Assembly (NCBI RefSeq): GCF_001194135.2
Contig: NC_068988.1
Span: 66,183,790 to 66,247,789 of the forward strand
Source of the DNA: Octopus bimaculoides
Lineage: Eukaryota
Direction of reading: 5' to 3'
Length of the DNA stretch: 64,000 nt
The notes under the pieces were generated by a model. It was not told the origin of the DNA. It did not search any database and was given only the letters and a program-made list of their open reading frames with translations. This document shows, piece by piece, positions 26,203 to 40,899 of the stretch. Both the position numbers and the translations under genes were made by a program. Each line of letters opens with the position of its first letter. Position 1 is the stretch's first letter.

Positions 26203-26393
26203 AATTAAACCTTGGGAGAAGCATTATGCCGGTAATAAACACACGCACTGGTTCAGTCCTTTATTAATCTATATAGTTTTTTGTTAAATTATTTCATTGT
26301 ACTCTTGCAATCTCTTCAGTAACTTGTCTCTCCACTTCCATTTATTTATAATTTATTACCGGCATAATGCCTCTCCCAAGGTTTAATTGTATT
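26198..26393. repeat. 42-bp inverted repeat (1 mismatch) enclosing 112 bp, between two (AAT)n tracts
   Basis: AATACAATTAAACCTTGGGAGAAGCATTATGCCGGTAATAAA (26198-26239) versus 26352-26393. Confidence 0.85.
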
Positions 26394-26447
26394 TCTTTCA
26401 ACACACGTATCCACATCAAGAATCTTGCACACGAAATACACATACGA

Positions 26448-26512
<65 letters not shown>

Positions 26513-27450
26513 TAATAGTAGTAGTATGGGATGGTAAAAGTAGGTATGGTTTCGGGCACTGATCTGCTGGACCAAAATAATCAGAAGTTTATGGATGATA
26601 TCGACATCAGTGTTTTTGACTCATCTAATACGTTTCTAGCTCATTTCTCCTACAATCCTCAAACATCTCAGTTTCTGACAGTTGCAACGCCATTGCTTTA
26701 TTTGAATACCTCTGCAAATATTTACTTGTAATAAAATATTAGCATTCGAAGCTACAAGACGCATTAGTTTCAATCATAAAAGTAAGCAGGAATTATGCAA
26801 ATGTATTCAAAAAAATATATTCCGGAAAACAATGCAATTGTTAAGATATTTGTAGTGGGATATATTTTAGTAACATTTTCTACAAAAATAGTAACGAAAG
26901 TAATTAGTAACGAAAGTAATTAGTGTTGTGTTACTACAAAATAAATGAATGTTTGGAGACACAAATATTGTTCATTTCTCCTTAAAGCGTGTTTCCGTTT
27001 TATGCCTATATAAATATATCTTACTGACTTCTGAGATTTGTTTCATTATGTGGTCATAGCGAATTTATAGCCATAGTAAATCAGGGTTTGGTAGAGTATC
27101 TGACAGTAATCGATTTATTATCAGCAACTAGAACTTAACTGTCAATTCCCAGTGTTTCAATTCTTAGTGGACGTGGTATACTAGCTGCATTAGTTGATGG
27201 TGATAAGGAGATAGATAAAAATTGTTGCTGTATTAGTATCTCATGACCCCCATTCTTATTCTCTTCTGCCACTTCAAATTATAGTTGGGGTATTTTCTCT
27301 AAGTTTGTTCTACTACAATAATAGCAGCATGTAATTCTTTCATTCTCTAGTTCTGATGAAATATTTGCTAAAAATTATAATGGAGTATCCTGTACGTTGA
27401 AAACCTATATTATGCATCCGAAGATAGCGACGTATTTATAATCAAACTAT

Positions 27451-27750
27451 AAATCAGCCCTGTCTCCTTCAAAGTAGTTCCCTTGGGAAGCCACACACTG
27501 CCCAAGTCGTTGATTCCACTCTTCACAGCAGTACTGAAACTCATAAATCAGAGTAGCTTTATGCTTGTCGGTTAAAACCCTTTTTTTATGTTTTCCAACG
27601 TGCTCAAATAATACCATTTACGGAGAATTTTCAATCCTCGAAAGAGAGAAAAGATACACGGACTCAGGTCAGGCGAATACGGGGGCTGGGGGACAACAAG
27701 GATGCTTCGCTATGCCCAAAGCTCTGTAATTAAAGGTGCCGTGTAATAAT
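27451..27750 (-). mobile_element. mariner transposase C-terminal fossil
   Basis: Reverse strand translates PQPPYSPDLSPCIFSLF...EFQYCCEEWNQRLGQCVASQGNYFEGD, matching the mariner YSPDLAPCDF and C-terminal W..CV..QG.YFEGD motifs. Confidence 0.85.
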
Positions 27751-28200
27751 AGGTACGGTTTACTTGTTATTTTCTAACCGAACGTTTATGCTGGAGAACG
27801 GAATACCATTTTTACTGTTCTGGAAATTTCGTTTTAGTGCACACTATCTCTTATATCTTCCTTTAATTTCCTAACGGCATATAGTCCACTTACTAGGTTT
27901 TTATTGCACTTTTATGAATTGGTACTACATTTTCTATGGTGGCCACGTAGAACAGAGGGAAGCTGGACTTTGTGAGAAAAAGCAAACGTCAGTCCGCTTT
28001 GTGAATAGTTAAAATGTACTTTAGTTTTACGGAAAATTGAAACTTTTTCACAATGCGAACTCATTTCTGAGCTGGTTTATTTTGTTTATATATATATTAT
28101 TTAATATATATAATATACTTTTCATTATAACGGCCACTGGAAACGTTAGTTAAACAACCTATATTTTGTCCTTAATATATATATATTGTAAGAATTGAAA

Positions 28201-28238
<38 letters not shown>

Positions 28239-30141
28239 NNNNNNNNNNNNNNNNNNNNNNNNNNNNNNNNNNNNNNNNNNNNNNNNNNNNNNNNNNNNNN
28301 NNNNNNNNNNNNNNNNNNNNNNNNNNNNNNNNNNNNNNNNNNNNNNNNNNNNNNNNNNNNNNNNNNNNNNNNNNNNNNNNNNNNNNNNNNNNNNNNNNNN
28401 NNNNNNNNNNNNNNNNNNNNNNNNNNNNNNNNNNNNNNNNNNNNNNNNNNNNNNNNNNNNNNNNNNNNNNNNNNNNNNNNNNNNNNNNNNNNNNNNNNNN
28501 NNNNNNNNNNNNNNNNNNNNNNNNNNNNNNNNNNNNNNNNNNNNNNNNNNNNNNNNNNNNNNNNNNNNNNNNNNNNNNNNNNNNNNNNNNNNNNNNNNNN
28601 NNNNNNNNNNNNNNNNNNNNNNNNNNNNNNNNNNNNNNNNNNNNNNNNNNNNNNNNNNNNNNNNNNNNNNNNNNNNNNNNNNNNNNNNNNNNNNNNNNNN
28701 NNNNNNNNNNNNNNNNNNNNNNNNNNNNNNNNNNNNNNNNNNNNNNNNNNNNNNNNNNNNNNNNNNNNNNNNNNNNNNNNNNNNNNNNNNNNNNNNNNNN
28801 NNNNNNNNNNNNNNNATATGCGTGTGTGTGTCTGTCTGTGTGTGTGTCTGTCTGTGTGTGTGTCTGTCTGTGTGTGTGTCTGTCTGTGTGTGTACAGATA
28901 GATAGATAGAGATAGAGAGTGAAAGAGAAAGTGAGACAGGCAGATAGATATGGCATCACATGAGGTTTGTCACCATGATAGAAATCAAATGTAGTAACAA
29001 CTGAGCGTTAGGTGAGATAAAGCACAAGTATAATCTAATAGAACATCCACGTTTTCTTCCTTTCTCCATTTACATATTTTCTCACCCTCGTTCGAGATCT
29101 CTGCCAGTTCGTGTCACTCTTGCTCTAGTTTGGTATATAAATTATAAATATTTTCAACATTGACATTCAGTATCAAACATGTTCGCAACAAAATTCGCAA
29201 TTCGTGACATACGTATTTTCATAACAAGTGCGACATGATAAAATAGGTTTCAAACAGCAATCAATACTAGGACACTTGCTCTCTGTTTGCCAAGAACTCA
29301 CGACAGGAAAATGACGCAACAATGGTTAAAGTAACAGCGTAAAAAAAGAATTCACTTTACATGTCAAAAATTGACATCACGTTATTTTTTCCCGTCTTTG
29401 GAGCGTATATCAGTTTTGATCCTACCATCAATGAAAAAAAAAGAAAAAAGTAAGAAAAGAAAATGGATTCCATTTATAGATATCCGGGTAGTCATTCGTT
29501 CATATAAGAGCACTTTGGCAATTGCAAGCTATTTTCCTTAAGCTGTACAAAATTTCCATTGAAGTGCATTTGTTGTACAGAACAAACTGCGAAATATATC
29601 GAAGTAAATACACACACACAAGCACACACGCACGCACGCATGCACGCACACACACGCGCGTACGCACACACACTCACACGCCCGCACGCAGACACAGACA
29701 TGCACACATACACACACACACACATACACACACAGACACACACACACACACAGGCATACATACACACATAAACATAGTCATTGATATCTAGACAGATATG
29801 ATATACTTAACGTGTAAATATCGTTGGGGGCTGCGTTGGTCGTCTCGGAAAAGATCCCTTTATAGAATAAGTGTGTTAAATACTCGTTAGAGCTAAGGGC
29901 AGATAGATACACAGACACGTATATATTGATATAGACACAGACATACACGCACACACACACACATGCACACACACATATGCATATGCATACACATGATAAT
30001 CTGTTTCTTAAGAGACAGTAGGTGAAGGAAAGTAAAGGAAAATATTAAAATGATGAAAATAATAATGGAGGTTTACACAAGTGGAAAAGTTCAACAAAAG
30101 TTCAAGAGTTTTAGACGTCGTGGTATATTGAGGCGATTTCA

Positions 30142-30764
30142 AATCAGTAGGTAATAATCATAATAATGATGATAATAATTAAGGTGGCGATCAGCAAATT
30201 AAAACCAACAAGGAAATAATTAACTGCCACTTAGAATGACAGGGATGCAGTGAGCACCAGAATTGCTAGAAATAGGAGTCATAACTCCTAAGCCGCAAAA
30301 AGTGCATGGTATCTTTGTATTGACAGGGGAGACAACATTCCCCACTGTAAGCGAGAGGCATCAGATTAGCATGCTAATTTCGCATAGGAAATTAATACTC
30401 ATCAGTAATGCTCACTGCTTTACGGCTGGTGGAGGCCAATTCACGCCTGTCAATGTTATGGAGAATATCACACTAATCAGTGACTAATTTCATAAAATGG
30501 CAATGTGAAAATAATAAAACAATTAAGGTGACTATCAGCAATTTAAAACCAAAAAAGAAATTATCCACTGTTACTAAGAGTAACAAGAGTGCAGTGCGAA
30601 CCAGCATTGCTAAAAATAAGAGTCATAGACTCCTTAGCCACAAAAGGCACATGGTCTATTTGTATTGACAGGGGCGACAACACTACTACTGTAAGCCTGA
30701 TGCATTAGATTAGCATGCTAATATACAATTTCCACATTGTCATTTTGTGAGATCAGTCACTGAT
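30142..30764. repeat. Diverged ~200-bp direct duplication (period ~345 bp); second copy bracketed by a 38-bp inverted repeat
   Basis: 30175-30378 ~ 30521-30722 (AATTAAGGTG...TTTGTATTGACAGGGG.GACAACA...GATTAGCATGCTAAT). 30475-30512 ~ reverse complement of 30726-30764. Confidence 0.75.
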
Positions 30765-31153
30765 TCCTTTGGCATTCACTATTTCCTGATTCCTATGGCA
30801 TTTTCCATAGCCTTGATTTCAATGACTGCTGTGACTGTAGTTTTGAACTGGTTGACCAACTATCCTATTCTGATTTGAATCCATCTCACTATCATCTGTT
30901 CTTCAATATGAAAAGGAATAAAAACAAAACACTTGCCTGGAAACCAGTATCGCAGTGATGATGGCGTTATATCTGCTGATGATGACGTTTTTGACCAAGA
31001 GGAAGAAAACGTCTTCAACAATATGATCTCAGCATTGAAACACGGATAGAAGAAGCGTGTGCACCGCAAGGGGTCTATGTTGAAAAATAAACCCCATTTA
31101 GTCGCATTTTATAAGAGCATCCTGGCCAACTTATGAACTTTAACAGCCGACTA

Positions 31154-31197
<44 letters not shown>

Positions 31198-31974
31198 GCA
31201 CGCACATACGCAATACGTATGTTGGATGACGCGAGAACTTTCGCAAGACATCGGAGATTGGTTAGATTGAAACAGTGGCGTACGTGTTCATCCGAACTAC
31301 CTACAAAGGGACTAATAAAGGAAAGGAACAGCAGCAAGAGGAATTCCAGGGCTGAAAGTTAAAGGAAGTAGGAGTATATATATTTTGGTCAGAGTGCCAA
31401 TTCCAATGTCACATAATGAGTAAAGGAAAAGGAGAATATGAAGATATAACTTAAACAATCACAAGGTCTGAAGAGCAATAAGCGATTGCTGTGGCAATAA
31501 ATCAAAGAGAAGAAACAGGGCCATTGTGAACTCGAAGTTAGTGAGTCACAGGAAGTAAGTGACTTGGGCTTTTGTATGTGTAACAGCCGCAGCATGATAC
31601 GTGCGGGAACTCTTTTCTACATTTGGGGACTTTAACTGAGCGCGAACTGTGGTTGGAAGTTGAAGTGTTTTCTGACTTTCAAGAAAAAGTTAGACATTGG
31701 AAATTATAGGAATGTTTGATTAGACTGAATGTAATTAGATTATTGTTTTTGGTTTAGGAGAGAAACAGGACAACGTAAGCGACATCACAGTTCAGCATGT
31801 GTTCAATCTGGAAGCGTGTTTATATTAGTACTTATAATCAATTTATTTACATTAGCAATGTTACATGGAATGGAAAGCATACATGTTATAATTTCACGAT
31901 TATTTCTATGTCTTCTGAATTATGATGAATATGTCATGAATACATTTCAAACACGTACGCACAAGCATATACAG

Positions 31975-32022
<48 letters not shown>

Positions 32023-32194
32023 AGATACACAAGCACACACATACACTCACACTCACATACACTCACGCTCACATACTCACATACACACATACATACACAT
32101 AAACACAAACACACCGAACATAACTAGATTAAAAATCTCATTGGTGCAGAGACGTGTGAAATGATGAAGAGGTAGGCTAGACAAACATGCGTAC

Positions 32195-32225
<31 letters not shown>

Positions 32226-32554
32226 CATGCATACATGTATGTATACAGACAAACATATGTCCAAACATATAAATATAATATATATTGGACAGGCAGGGCG
32301 ACATATTGCAACAGAGGAAAGGGAAATTGTGAAGAAATAAAATATTCACTAAGTGAATGAAGATAAATTAATGTATAAGTGACTGCAATATATTCAAAGT
32401 GTGATTTAATTCATCGATTTCTTTCGAACTGAATAAACTGACACATATCATATTGATTGATGGGTTATTGAAAAGTTGATCTAATGAAGGAATATCTGAG
32501 AAACAATTTATGAGATTCAAAATTATTTTACACACAAACACACACACAGACAAA

Positions 32555-32603
<49 letters not shown>

Positions 32604-34018
32604 ACACACACACACAAACACACACGTACTCGCGCACACAGATACGTATCTACTTACGCACACTCTCACGCAAACACAGGCACATATGCTTAAAGAAAGT
32701 GATATACACATGCATGCCTAAATGCATATAAATATTTGACATACAATGAACTCCAACAACTGAATAGTTGCAATGGCTGTACCTGATGACCCTACCGCTC
32801 CTGAATTCATTGCGGAGGCGCCTCCTGCGACTAATGTCAAACAAAAGAACTATACTACTCATACTCAAATATCAAAATAAGTTCAGCATCACCTCACACA
32901 CCTCAAACTCCTTATCACTACTATTCGTTCCTCTCTTTTTATCACCTTCTACTCCTCCCCACCAAATACAAACAAAAATGCCCTCATACGCCTCATACTC
33001 CAATCGACTTTCTCATTGGTCGAAATTGATAAACAACTCTCAGTTAAACATCTGTTGATGCCATATTGCCCGAAATGAATGCATGAACATGATCTACCCG
33101 ATGTCCATGGATACTACAGACTGTACTGTAATCATCTTAGTAATAATACTGCCTATGATCTAAAGGAACACGTGATTTGTGAAAACGCGCGTAGTGAATG
33201 CAGTCAAATATTTCTAAATTTCATCCAAGGATCATTATTATTATTCCTATACATACAGACATACATACACACTCATTCACACATACATACTCACACACAC
33301 ACGCAGACATACACACACATACAAGAGACAAGTCAAAGATAATGGTCTTAATCATAATTCCTTTATTAGATCAAATTTGGCTTACAGCTGTTTCCCGTAA
33401 TCATTATAGATAGGTCTATTGATCAACTGAGGTAGATTGAACGACCTAACAAAACTAATGGTACTCTCATCGGGGCCATTGCTGGAAATAACAAACAGAG
33501 CACTTGAAGAATGGAATGGCAATTGTATGGGGAAAGTGGGGGAAGATTGGGATGTTTAAGTAGTATAGTTGAAGGCAGGTTACAATTGGGTGGTAGCCAT
33601 TAAGGGAGTAATATTTAGTAGAAGTATAAGTAGTAGTATTATTAGTTGTAGTAGTAGGAGGGGGTATTGCATTGCCAGACATGGAAGAGGTACAGTCACA
33701 AACACAGGTCATCAGCCATTACCATATTAACAACGTATATAGATAAGATATTCTCTAGCGATTGTGTTGAAATTTGATATGGGCATTTTATGGACATGGG
33801 TGAGTCTAAGACAGTAATTTTTAGTACTTAGACTAGCATAGTGGGGAAATAATTTTAGCGGATTAGAGTAAACTTACAGAGTAATGCGTTATAACAAAAC
33901 AATTATGATGAAAGTGACAGCATAAGCATCAACAACATCAATACCAATAATATTAATAAAATCACAATAAAACAGTGTGTTGTATTATTTGGATTTCTGT
34001 TTGTTTAGTATACTTCCA

Positions 34019-34119
<101 letters not shown>

Positions 34120-34457
34120 GGAAATATAATAAACAAGCACAAACCTAAATAACATAACACGACAGGTTTTAACAAATATACTATCAGTTTCACGCCTAAA
34201 AGAAAGAAAGGAAAATGTTAGCGTTTCGAATGCTAGTCCTTAATCAGAAGAAAAAGAATAGTAGGTGCAATAAAAAGGAAATGTGGTTCAGAATGGAAGA
34301 AATATCGGACGTGGCTGCAGAGCAACTGTATGTGGGAGTTAAGATGGATGAAATGTGTTCGTATGTATATATAGAATTGTATCAGTGTTTTCATATGGTC
34401 ATCAGGATGTGTGTGACGTTTGGGATTCTGTGTATACATGTACACATATGTATGTGC

Positions 34458-34490
<33 letters not shown>

Positions 34491-35075
34491 NNNNNNNNNN
34501 NNNNNNNNNNNNNNNNNNNNNNNNNNNNNNNNNNNNNNNNNNNNNNNNNNNNNNNNNNNNNNNNNNNNNNNNNNNNNNNNNNNNNNNNNNNNNNNNNNNN
34601 NNNNNNNNNNNNNNNNNNNNNNNNNNNNNNNNNNNNNNNNNNNNNNNNNNNNNNNNNNNNNNNNNNNNNNNNNNNNNNNNNNNNNNNNNNNNNNNNNNNN
34701 NNNNNNNNNNNNNNNNNNNNNNNNNNNNNNNNNNNNNNNNNNNNNNNNNNNNNNNNNNNNNNNNNNNNNNNNNNNNNNNNNNNNNNNNNNNNNNNNNNNN
34801 NNNNNNNNNNNNNNNNNNNNNNNNNNNNNNNNNNNNNNNNNNNNNNNNNNNNNNNNNNNNNNNNNNNNNNNNNNNNNNNNNNNNNNNNNNNNNNNNNNNN
34901 NNNNNNNNNNNNNNNNNNNNNNNNNNNNNNNNNNNNNNNNNNNNNNNNNNNNNNNNNNNNNNNNNNNNNNNNNNNNNNNNNNNNNNNNNNNNNNNNNNNN
35001 NNNNNNNNNNNNNNNNNNNNNNNNNNNNNNNNNNNNNNNNNNNNNNNNNNNNNNNNNNNNNNNNNNNNNNNNNNN

Positions 35076-35123
<48 letters not shown>

Positions 35124-36344
35124 GTATGTATATATATATAGATAGATATATACATATGTCTGTGCCTGTGTAAGTATGCATGTATGTATGTATGTCATTA
35201 TTCAGTTTATTTCAAAATGTCTTGCCAATAGAGAAAGAACCGGTTTCTAACCTTGATCGAAGGCTCCTTCATTGGAATTTCAACATCGACAATGCTCATA
35301 TATATTTCAATGATAAACTTCTCGAAAGTTTTACAGATTTTTACAGTTCCAGTGAAGGACTGTATCTGTAATCATCAAATTAACTTTCAATAATCAACAG
35401 TAGGGTGTTGATTCGATTTTTCGTAATAGTTAAATAAATCATTATTCAATTTATAACTCCAAGAGAAATGAGCTTTGTAATCACGGTTTCTTCTATAACC
35501 ATAGTTAGAAAGAAATTGTTTACCTGTTGACCTGTTGTTTTCGTTTTGTTCGTCGGTTGAATTTTTGTTGATGTTGAGTCAAGTTATGTTGTTTGTAGTA
35601 ACTCTCTGCATGCTAAATTCAAGTTTCAGTCGGAGATCACTACGATCGTGAATGAAAAGCTCCCTTAGTTAATTCATCTGCTATTTAACAAGGCTGCTAG
35701 TTATGGTGCCAAAGTTGGAGATAGTATACATTGTATTTTTGATAAATAGTCTCCCACGCCAAAGACGCGACTTGTCGCTTCGAATGTTCCATATGTATGT
35801 ATGTATGTATGTATGTATGCATGTATGTATTTATATATGTATGGCTTGTGAAACAATTGTCGCTGCCGGAAGCCCTGTACTGGAAGCCAATAATTGGAAA
35901 CACTCCTCATATTACCCCGCTTTGGAGTTAAAAGCAATAGAAAATATATCTCTATACAGAATTATGTATATATTAATGTTCGCCTGGGAATTAGACGTCA
36001 TACAAAGTATTTCTCAATCGTTACTGCTGTAGATTTAGCAAAAATACAGAATTACAGATTGATAGATATTTTACTGTATTTAGTGTAATTATGTTTAAAG
36101 AAGGATTTCTGAATCATCGCGGCAGATTCATCAGAAACTCAGTACTATAAATATGTAGATATTTTAGTGTATTTGGTGTTGTAGCAATATATTATGCCTT
36201 CAAGTCAGTATACTAAGGTGTCTTTCCTCCTTCCAGTGTCACTAAAATAGATACCAGTAATATATTTGGTTTCAGTCGCCATCACATATGCCTTCACACT
36301 AGAGAAAGAACTATTTTTAAAAAACTTCTTCCAGTTAATTGATT

Positions 36345-36810
36345 CCTTTTGTGGCCTGGGTGTTAGAATTTTGCACCCACAATCACGAGTTCATAGTTTC
36401 GATTCCCAGATGAGTTGTGTACTTAAAGAAAACACTTCATCTCACATGTCTCTACAGGTAATGTCGGTTGATGGAGAGTGTAAGCTAATGTGCACATAAA
36501 CAGATCACAATAAACAATAATCTGTGCATATAGCTTTGCAAGAAATTGGAGAAACCTTATTTGACGTACTCGACGGGAGAGTCATTGACGTAGTACTAAC
36601 CTGGTATTTTATATTGTAATTGATTTGACCTCAGGGTGTAGCTGTTTGGTTCCAAGAAAAAGGTGCGAAATCTCTTTCAAATATCACCCAATTGTGTTAA
36701 ACGCACGGAAGCTCAAATTACTCTGAAGTAAACGATGGAATAGCCACCATTTGAACGTCTTTGGTCGTTGGTCTGCTCAATCAGTGCTGAGTGGAGCCAC
36801 ATCCGTAACA
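36345..36810 (+). mobile_element. Degenerate tRNA-derived SINE family D
   Basis: tRNA-like head GTGGCCTGGGTGTTAGAATTTTGCACCCACAA...TTTCGATTCCCAG; tail ...GGTCTGCTCAATCAG...AACAACAA. Related pieces at ~340-420 (-), ~9525-9700 and ~62140-62362. Confidence 0.55.
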
Positions 36811-36998
36811 ACAATTAATAAGCTAACACTTTATTGAGAAGTCCTATAACTTTGAACTTCGTAAACTAACTACTCTTCTACAAATTTAGTGCTACAAAAA
36901 AAAAGACAATGTTTACTTCTTATAACTACTTAGGAGATTTATCTGAATGTAGACAGAAGCTAACGCAGTTTGAGCTTGTAAAGCTACACACACACCCA

Positions 36999-37072
<74 letters not shown>

Positions 37073-38405
37073 CACACACACATACAGATGAGCGCATGGG
37101 AGTATAATTTGAGTATAATTTGGTGTTTTCTCAAGGCTACGTAATCATACTACAGATGTTCTACGACCAGACTGCCGATATTCCACCCAAGTGTAACGGA
37201 ATTAATATTTATGAAATTTTCCGACGATGACTACTTTGCCCTTCATGCTTTCGGGGTCGATAAAGTAAGTACCAGTTGGGTACTCGGGTCTATCTAATCA
37301 ACTGGCCGCTCCCCTAAAATTTCGGGTCTTATAAAATTTCATTATATCCTTTTATATGTTTTTTTTTAAATTTAATTTGATATATGTTTTATCCGTTTTT
37401 TACTATACTAAGAAACTTCCTAGTTAAGAGTTAAAGACATAATTTGGTGTGAAGAAACACTGCTACCAACGAAATGGAAACTGACAAATGGCGATAGGCC
37501 ATCACATGCCCTCTAGTGGATCATAAAGCAATATCAAATATATTAGTCTCTTTGAAACAATCTTCGTTTCGAGAAAAGGAATTACACCTGCCATTTTTCT
37601 TTACTCATGCTTTAAAGTAGAATTTTATATGAAGAAAAGAAATCTCTGTTAATTGATCATTCTTTTTGGTGATGTTTTCATGCAATGCAAGGTTTTCTAG
37701 TTTGACTGTCCAGCAACAAGCACGGTCTACTAAGTATCACAATATGTACTTTTTTTATTGATGAAGGTTCCAGTTGCGAGAGGTGTGGTTGCTATCTCTA
37801 GCACATTGACCGTCCGCGTATTATACATTGTCATTGCTGTTCGGCCCTGATTTTAGTTTTTATATTCTGATATCAAGGAATTTACTGCTTTCAATTTTGT
37901 AGCAAGATATCATACGTTCAAATCTGTTGTTTACAACATTTATTCTTAAATTACATTATTCTCATATAACATTTATTCTGGCATGCAAAAAATAGCAGGC
38001 CAAACGATCATATTCTCTTACCGATGATCTATATTTAGGCGACAACAAATATTTACACGAAAGAATAATGTTTATCAAATTCAATATTTTAATAATAAAA
38101 ATATATTTTAAAAAATTTACTATTAATGTTTCCCATTCAATTACTTTCAAAATCTCCTTTTGTTGGGAATGATAGTGTAACTGGAGAATTATATCTAAAA
38201 ATACCATTCTAAGAATCATCGTGTAAGAATATGAACATTTGTTCATACAATGATATATGTATATACCGACAATGTAATAAGGAAAGCTGCCGAGAGCGCC
38301 TGACGTTCCCTCCACTAATACGCTCAATACAATGTGCGTAGAAAAATAAATAATTTCTATTACTTAATTTTTTTAATATTAAAAACTAATGGCACTCAAG
38401 CACAC

Positions 38406-38444
<39 letters not shown>

Positions 38445-38716
38445 ACACGCACATATACACACTCACACTCTCATACATACATTCATATGTATGACTCGTG
38501 TGTGTATACATACTGTATATGAGCGTATGTGTATGCATGCGTTTTATATATAAGACATTAAATGATTAAAAGAAACTCCTTAGTTCTCTAAATAGAGTAT
38601 AAATTTCTATTTGTTTACATGTACACACGCACACACATACACACACACACACCTATACAGACACACATATATATGCACCTAAATGCATACACGTATACAT
38701 ACATCCATACCCCTCC

Positions 38717-38751
<35 letters not shown>

Positions 38752-39469
38752 TATNNNNNNNNNNNNNNNNNNNNNNNNNNNNNNNNNNNNNNNNNNNNNN
38801 NNNNNNNNNNNNNNNNNNNNNNNNNNNNNNNNNNNNNNNNNNNNNNNNNNNNNNNNNNNNNNNNNNNNNNNNNNNNNNNNNNNNNNNNNNNNNNNNNNNN
38901 NNNNNNNNNNNNNNNNNNNNNNNNNNNNNTATATATACAAACAGAAGGAAAGGGACATATTTTATTCTCTACGAAGACACTTTTATATCTCATTCCTTTA
39001 CAAATAACATTAAAACAAATTTCATTTCCCGCTACATCTCATCACATACTCTCCCACACACACTCTCACAAACATACACGCACGCTGAGCTTCATGTTCC
39101 TTAAACGCCTAAAAAAATTTCGTTTCGAGAGACAGTTCTGAATGACTGTTAGTAACTTATATTCCAATATAGAACAGTACAAATAAATCAATTAAATTGT
39201 TGATGTAAAATTATTTGTTCAATAAATATTCACATTTTAATATCTTAACCTCAGATGCTTTAGAAATTATAGAATATAATATATCGCATAATATTTACTA
39301 TATTTAGAATGTTAGCTTAATATTGTGGTGAAAATATTGATAAGCAGAATGCCACATATTGGATCTCAAATTGTAAGTTGATAATTGTAAAACCAACTTC
39401 TTAGCCTGCCTGCAAATAGAAAAAGAAAAATATAACTGCGTACTACTTCAAGGGAATATCCTAAGTATG

Positions 39470-39764
39470 TACTCAAATAAGGACATTGGCGAAGTTTTGG
39501 ATAGCCTGGTCGTTTTCAAATCCATCAAGCAGAAGTTCTTATAGTTACTCTGAGGGATCTCTTCTCAAGTGCCATTTCCCTATAGACAATATCATTTGGG
39601 ATGTAACTATCTTCCATGCAGTGAACTGGCATACTCAACGCTGTCTTGATTACCTGAGCAGTGTGCATCCGGGGAATCCAACATTGGTGTAGATATGAAA
39701 AGAGATGCAAGCTTGGATGATTGTTATGGAGAAGCGACAGTTGTTTGTGCAACAGGAACCTTGT

Positions 39765-39770
<6 letters not shown>
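39470..39770 (-). mobile_element. RTE-clade LINE ORF 3' fragment
   Basis: Minus-strand ...VHCMEDSYIPNDIVYREMALEKR resembles the RTE motif GHVHRMEDGRIPKDILYGELA.GKR. Upstream DNA resembles DKVP and ...LL.QRRLRW. Interrupted by (GA)n; may extend degenerately to ~40250. Confidence 0.75.
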
Positions 39771-39825
<55 letters not shown>

Positions 39826-40693
39826 TTCGAATGCATAGGAACGGCGAAGATATTACAGTTTGTTACTAGTAGCGTCGCATGAGCTGCTCACAGGAGGAGT
39901 GCGTAATAATTGACTGTATTAAGGGATGCAACACTGAAGCTTTGCTACGCTTAGGAATTCTACTTACCGAAGGCATATAATGATGTGCGTTGCTTAATGA
40001 TAAAGCGGGCAGGCCATGTAGACTGCACGTTGAATTTACGATCCAACACTTGTGAGCGATAAACACAATAACTACTGAGCCTACCCACCTTCAGTGCATA
40101 CACATACACAGACTCACACGTGGCCGGTGTTCTGCACAATTCCCATTTACCATCTTCTATACATAAACTATAGGCCAACTCAAGACAATAGTTCAAAACA
40201 ATTATCAAATGTGCTGCGCTGCAGTATCGAACATGCTGATGAAGTAAAGCCATAACTACATAAACTTAACTGTGAACTCTCAAGTAGCATTAATATAGTG
40301 GTAAAAGTAACCTTGTTATGACAAATGCTTCCAAATTCGTGTATATATGCGTGTGTGTGTGTATGTGTGTTTTAAAGGTGTTGATCGTGGAGCTAGTTAG
40401 TTAAGGTGTAGGTTTGTACAGAAGATTGATAGTGCGGCAACTAGAGAATGGATTTAGTTAGGAAAGAATAGATGGACTGTCACTGTAATAAAATCGATCC
40501 ATGACATGAAGCACTGTTATTGGTCTTCATTAACCAAACAGGATTTAGCATTACAGAAATCCAATGTAAGAACGGGAGGATTCATATCACTTAAATACTT
40601 AAAAGCGTTTACTGATATAAGTGCATTTGGGTGTACAAGTAATCATGTTCAGACGTGTCCCTGAAATTAAATGAGGGATATCTATCTATCTAC

Positions 40694-40729
<36 letters not shown>

Positions 40730-40855
40730 ATATCTATCTATCTATCTATCTATCTGTCTGTGTCCCTGTCTCTCGCTGTCTCTCATTTTTACTCTGTCTC
40801 TCTCTGCACACACATATATAGATACATACATACATACATACATACATACATACAT

Positions 40856-40899
<44 letters not shown>

